Source: Squalus acanthias (lineage: Eukaryota). Taken from it: 64,000 nt of DNA. The stretch covers positions 157,792,001-157,856,000 of the forward strand of contig CM059431.1 in the NCBI GenBank assembly GCA_030390025.1, written 5' to 3'. Position numbers and translations under genes: made by a program. Positions 62,401 through 64,000 of the stretch are shown in pieces. A model generated the notes under the pieces. That model ran no database searches. It worked only from the letters and a program-made list of their open reading frames with translations, and had not been told where the DNA came from. Each line of letters begins with the position of its first letter. The stretch's first letter is position 1.

Positions 62401-64000
62401 GACCAACTCCAGGACCAGTGTGTATCTGAGTCAATGGGAATCTCTCTGACCTTTCTCCCCAATCCATCTCCAGGACCAGTTTGAATCTGAGTCAATGGGT
62501 CTTTCTCTGACCTTTCTCCCCGGTCGATCTCCAGGACCATTGTGTATCTCAGTCAACAAGAATCCCTCTGATCTTTCGTCCCGGTCCATCTCCGGGACCA
62601 GTGTGTATCTGAGTCAATGGGATGCTCTCTGATATTTCTACCCGGTCCAACTCCAGTACCAGTGTCCATCTGTGTCAATGGAACTCTCTGGGACCTTTCC
62701 CCCCTGTCCATCTCCAGGACCAGCGTGTATCTGAGTCAATGGGACTCTCTCTGACCTTTCTCCACGGTCTATCTCAGGGACCAGTGTGTAGCCAGGTTAA
62801 TGGGACTCTCTGTAACATTTCTACACGGTTCATCTCCAGGACCAGTTTGCATCTGACTCAATGGGAATCTCTCTGACGTTTCTCCGCAGTCCATCTCCAG
62901 GTAAAGTGTTTATCTGAGTCAATGGGTCTCTCTCTGACATTGGCCCCAGTCTATCTTCAGAACCAGTGTGCATCCGAGTCAATGGGACTCTCTCTGACAT
63001 TTCCCCCCGTCCATCTCCAGGACCAGTGTGTTTCTGAGTAAATGGGACTCTCTCTGACCTTTCTCCCCGGTCCATCTCCAGGACCAGTGTGTATCTGAGT
63101 CAAATGGGACTCACTCTGACCTTTCTCCTCTGTCCATCTCCAGCACCAGAGTCCATCTGTGACAATGGAGCTCTCTCTGACCATTCTCCCAGGACCATAT
63201 CCAGGACCAGTGTGTATCTGAGTCAAGGGGAATCTGTCTGACCTTTCTCCCCAGTCCATCTCCAGGATCAATGTGTCTCTGAGTCAATGGGTTTCTCTGA
63301 CCTTTCTCCGCAGTCCATCTCCAGGGCCGGTGTTTATCTGAGTCAATGGGACTCTCTCTGACCTTTCTGCCCTGTCCATATCCAGGACAAGTGTCCATCT
63401 GTGACAATGGGACTCTCTCTGACCATTCTCCCAGGACCATCTCCAGGACCATTGTGCATCTGAGTCAATGGGACTCTCTCTGACCTTTCTCCCCAATCCA
63501 TATCCAGGACCAGTGTATATCTGAGTCAATGGGACTCTCTCTGACCATTCCCCCGGGACCATATCCAGGACTAGTGTGTATCTGAGTCAATGGGACTCTC
63601 TCTGACATTTCTCCCCAGTCCATCTCCAGGACCAGTGTTCATCAGTGTCAATGGGACTCTCTCTGTCCTTTCTGCCCTGTCCATCTCCAGGACCAGTGTG
63701 TATCTGAGTCAATGGGACTCTCTCTGACCTTTCTCCCCGGTCCATCTCCAGGACCAGTGTGTATCTCAGTCAATCGGACTCTCTCTGACCTTTCTCCCAG
63801 ATCCACCTCCAGGATCAGTCTGTGTCATTGGGACACTCTGGGACGTATCTCCCCTGTCCATCTCCAGGATCAGCGTGTATCTGAGTCAATGGGACTCTCT
63901 CTGACCTTTCTCCATGGACCATTTCAGGGACCAGTGTGTAGCCAGGTTAATGGGACTCTCTGTGTCATTTCTACCCGGTTCATCTCCAGGACCAGTTTGC
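59500..64000. repeat. 61-bp satellite array with higher-order structure; runs off the window end
   Basis: Unit ctgagtcaatgggactctctctgacctttctccccggtccatctccaggaccagtgtgtat; 60095-61632 is repeated at 62463-64000. Confidence 0.97.

Noticed and set aside
50590..64000. CRISPR-like regular arrays
   Set aside because: Units are head-to-tail with no unique spacers, there are no cas genes, and the context is eukaryotic; these are satellites.

Overview
Eukaryotic, repeat-dense vertebrate DNA. A cartilaginous fish (shark/ray) is inferred from the NLR type and the CR1/L2/Penelope/Harbinger repertoire. The one host gene is a minus-strand, intron-rich NOD-like receptor (NLR). I assembled it by hand into 9 phase-compatible coding exons (45256 down to 2516; 3087 nt, 1028 aa plus stop). 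Its order is: predicted N-myristoylation motif (MGHSSSK), five 22-aa Q/G/P/A/T/S/E repeats each carrying IQ|G(P/S), a CARD-like death fold, NACHT, and about 8 ribonuclease-inhibitor-type LRRs. A candidate CpG-rich non-coding first exon lies near 57.7 kb. The rest is nested CR1, L2, RTE and Penelope-like retroelements (with hammerhead-ribozyme motifs), two PIF/Harbinger-type DNA elements, and many minisatellite/satellite arrays, one with an AP-1 motif in most units. All calls are by eye; no searches were run.
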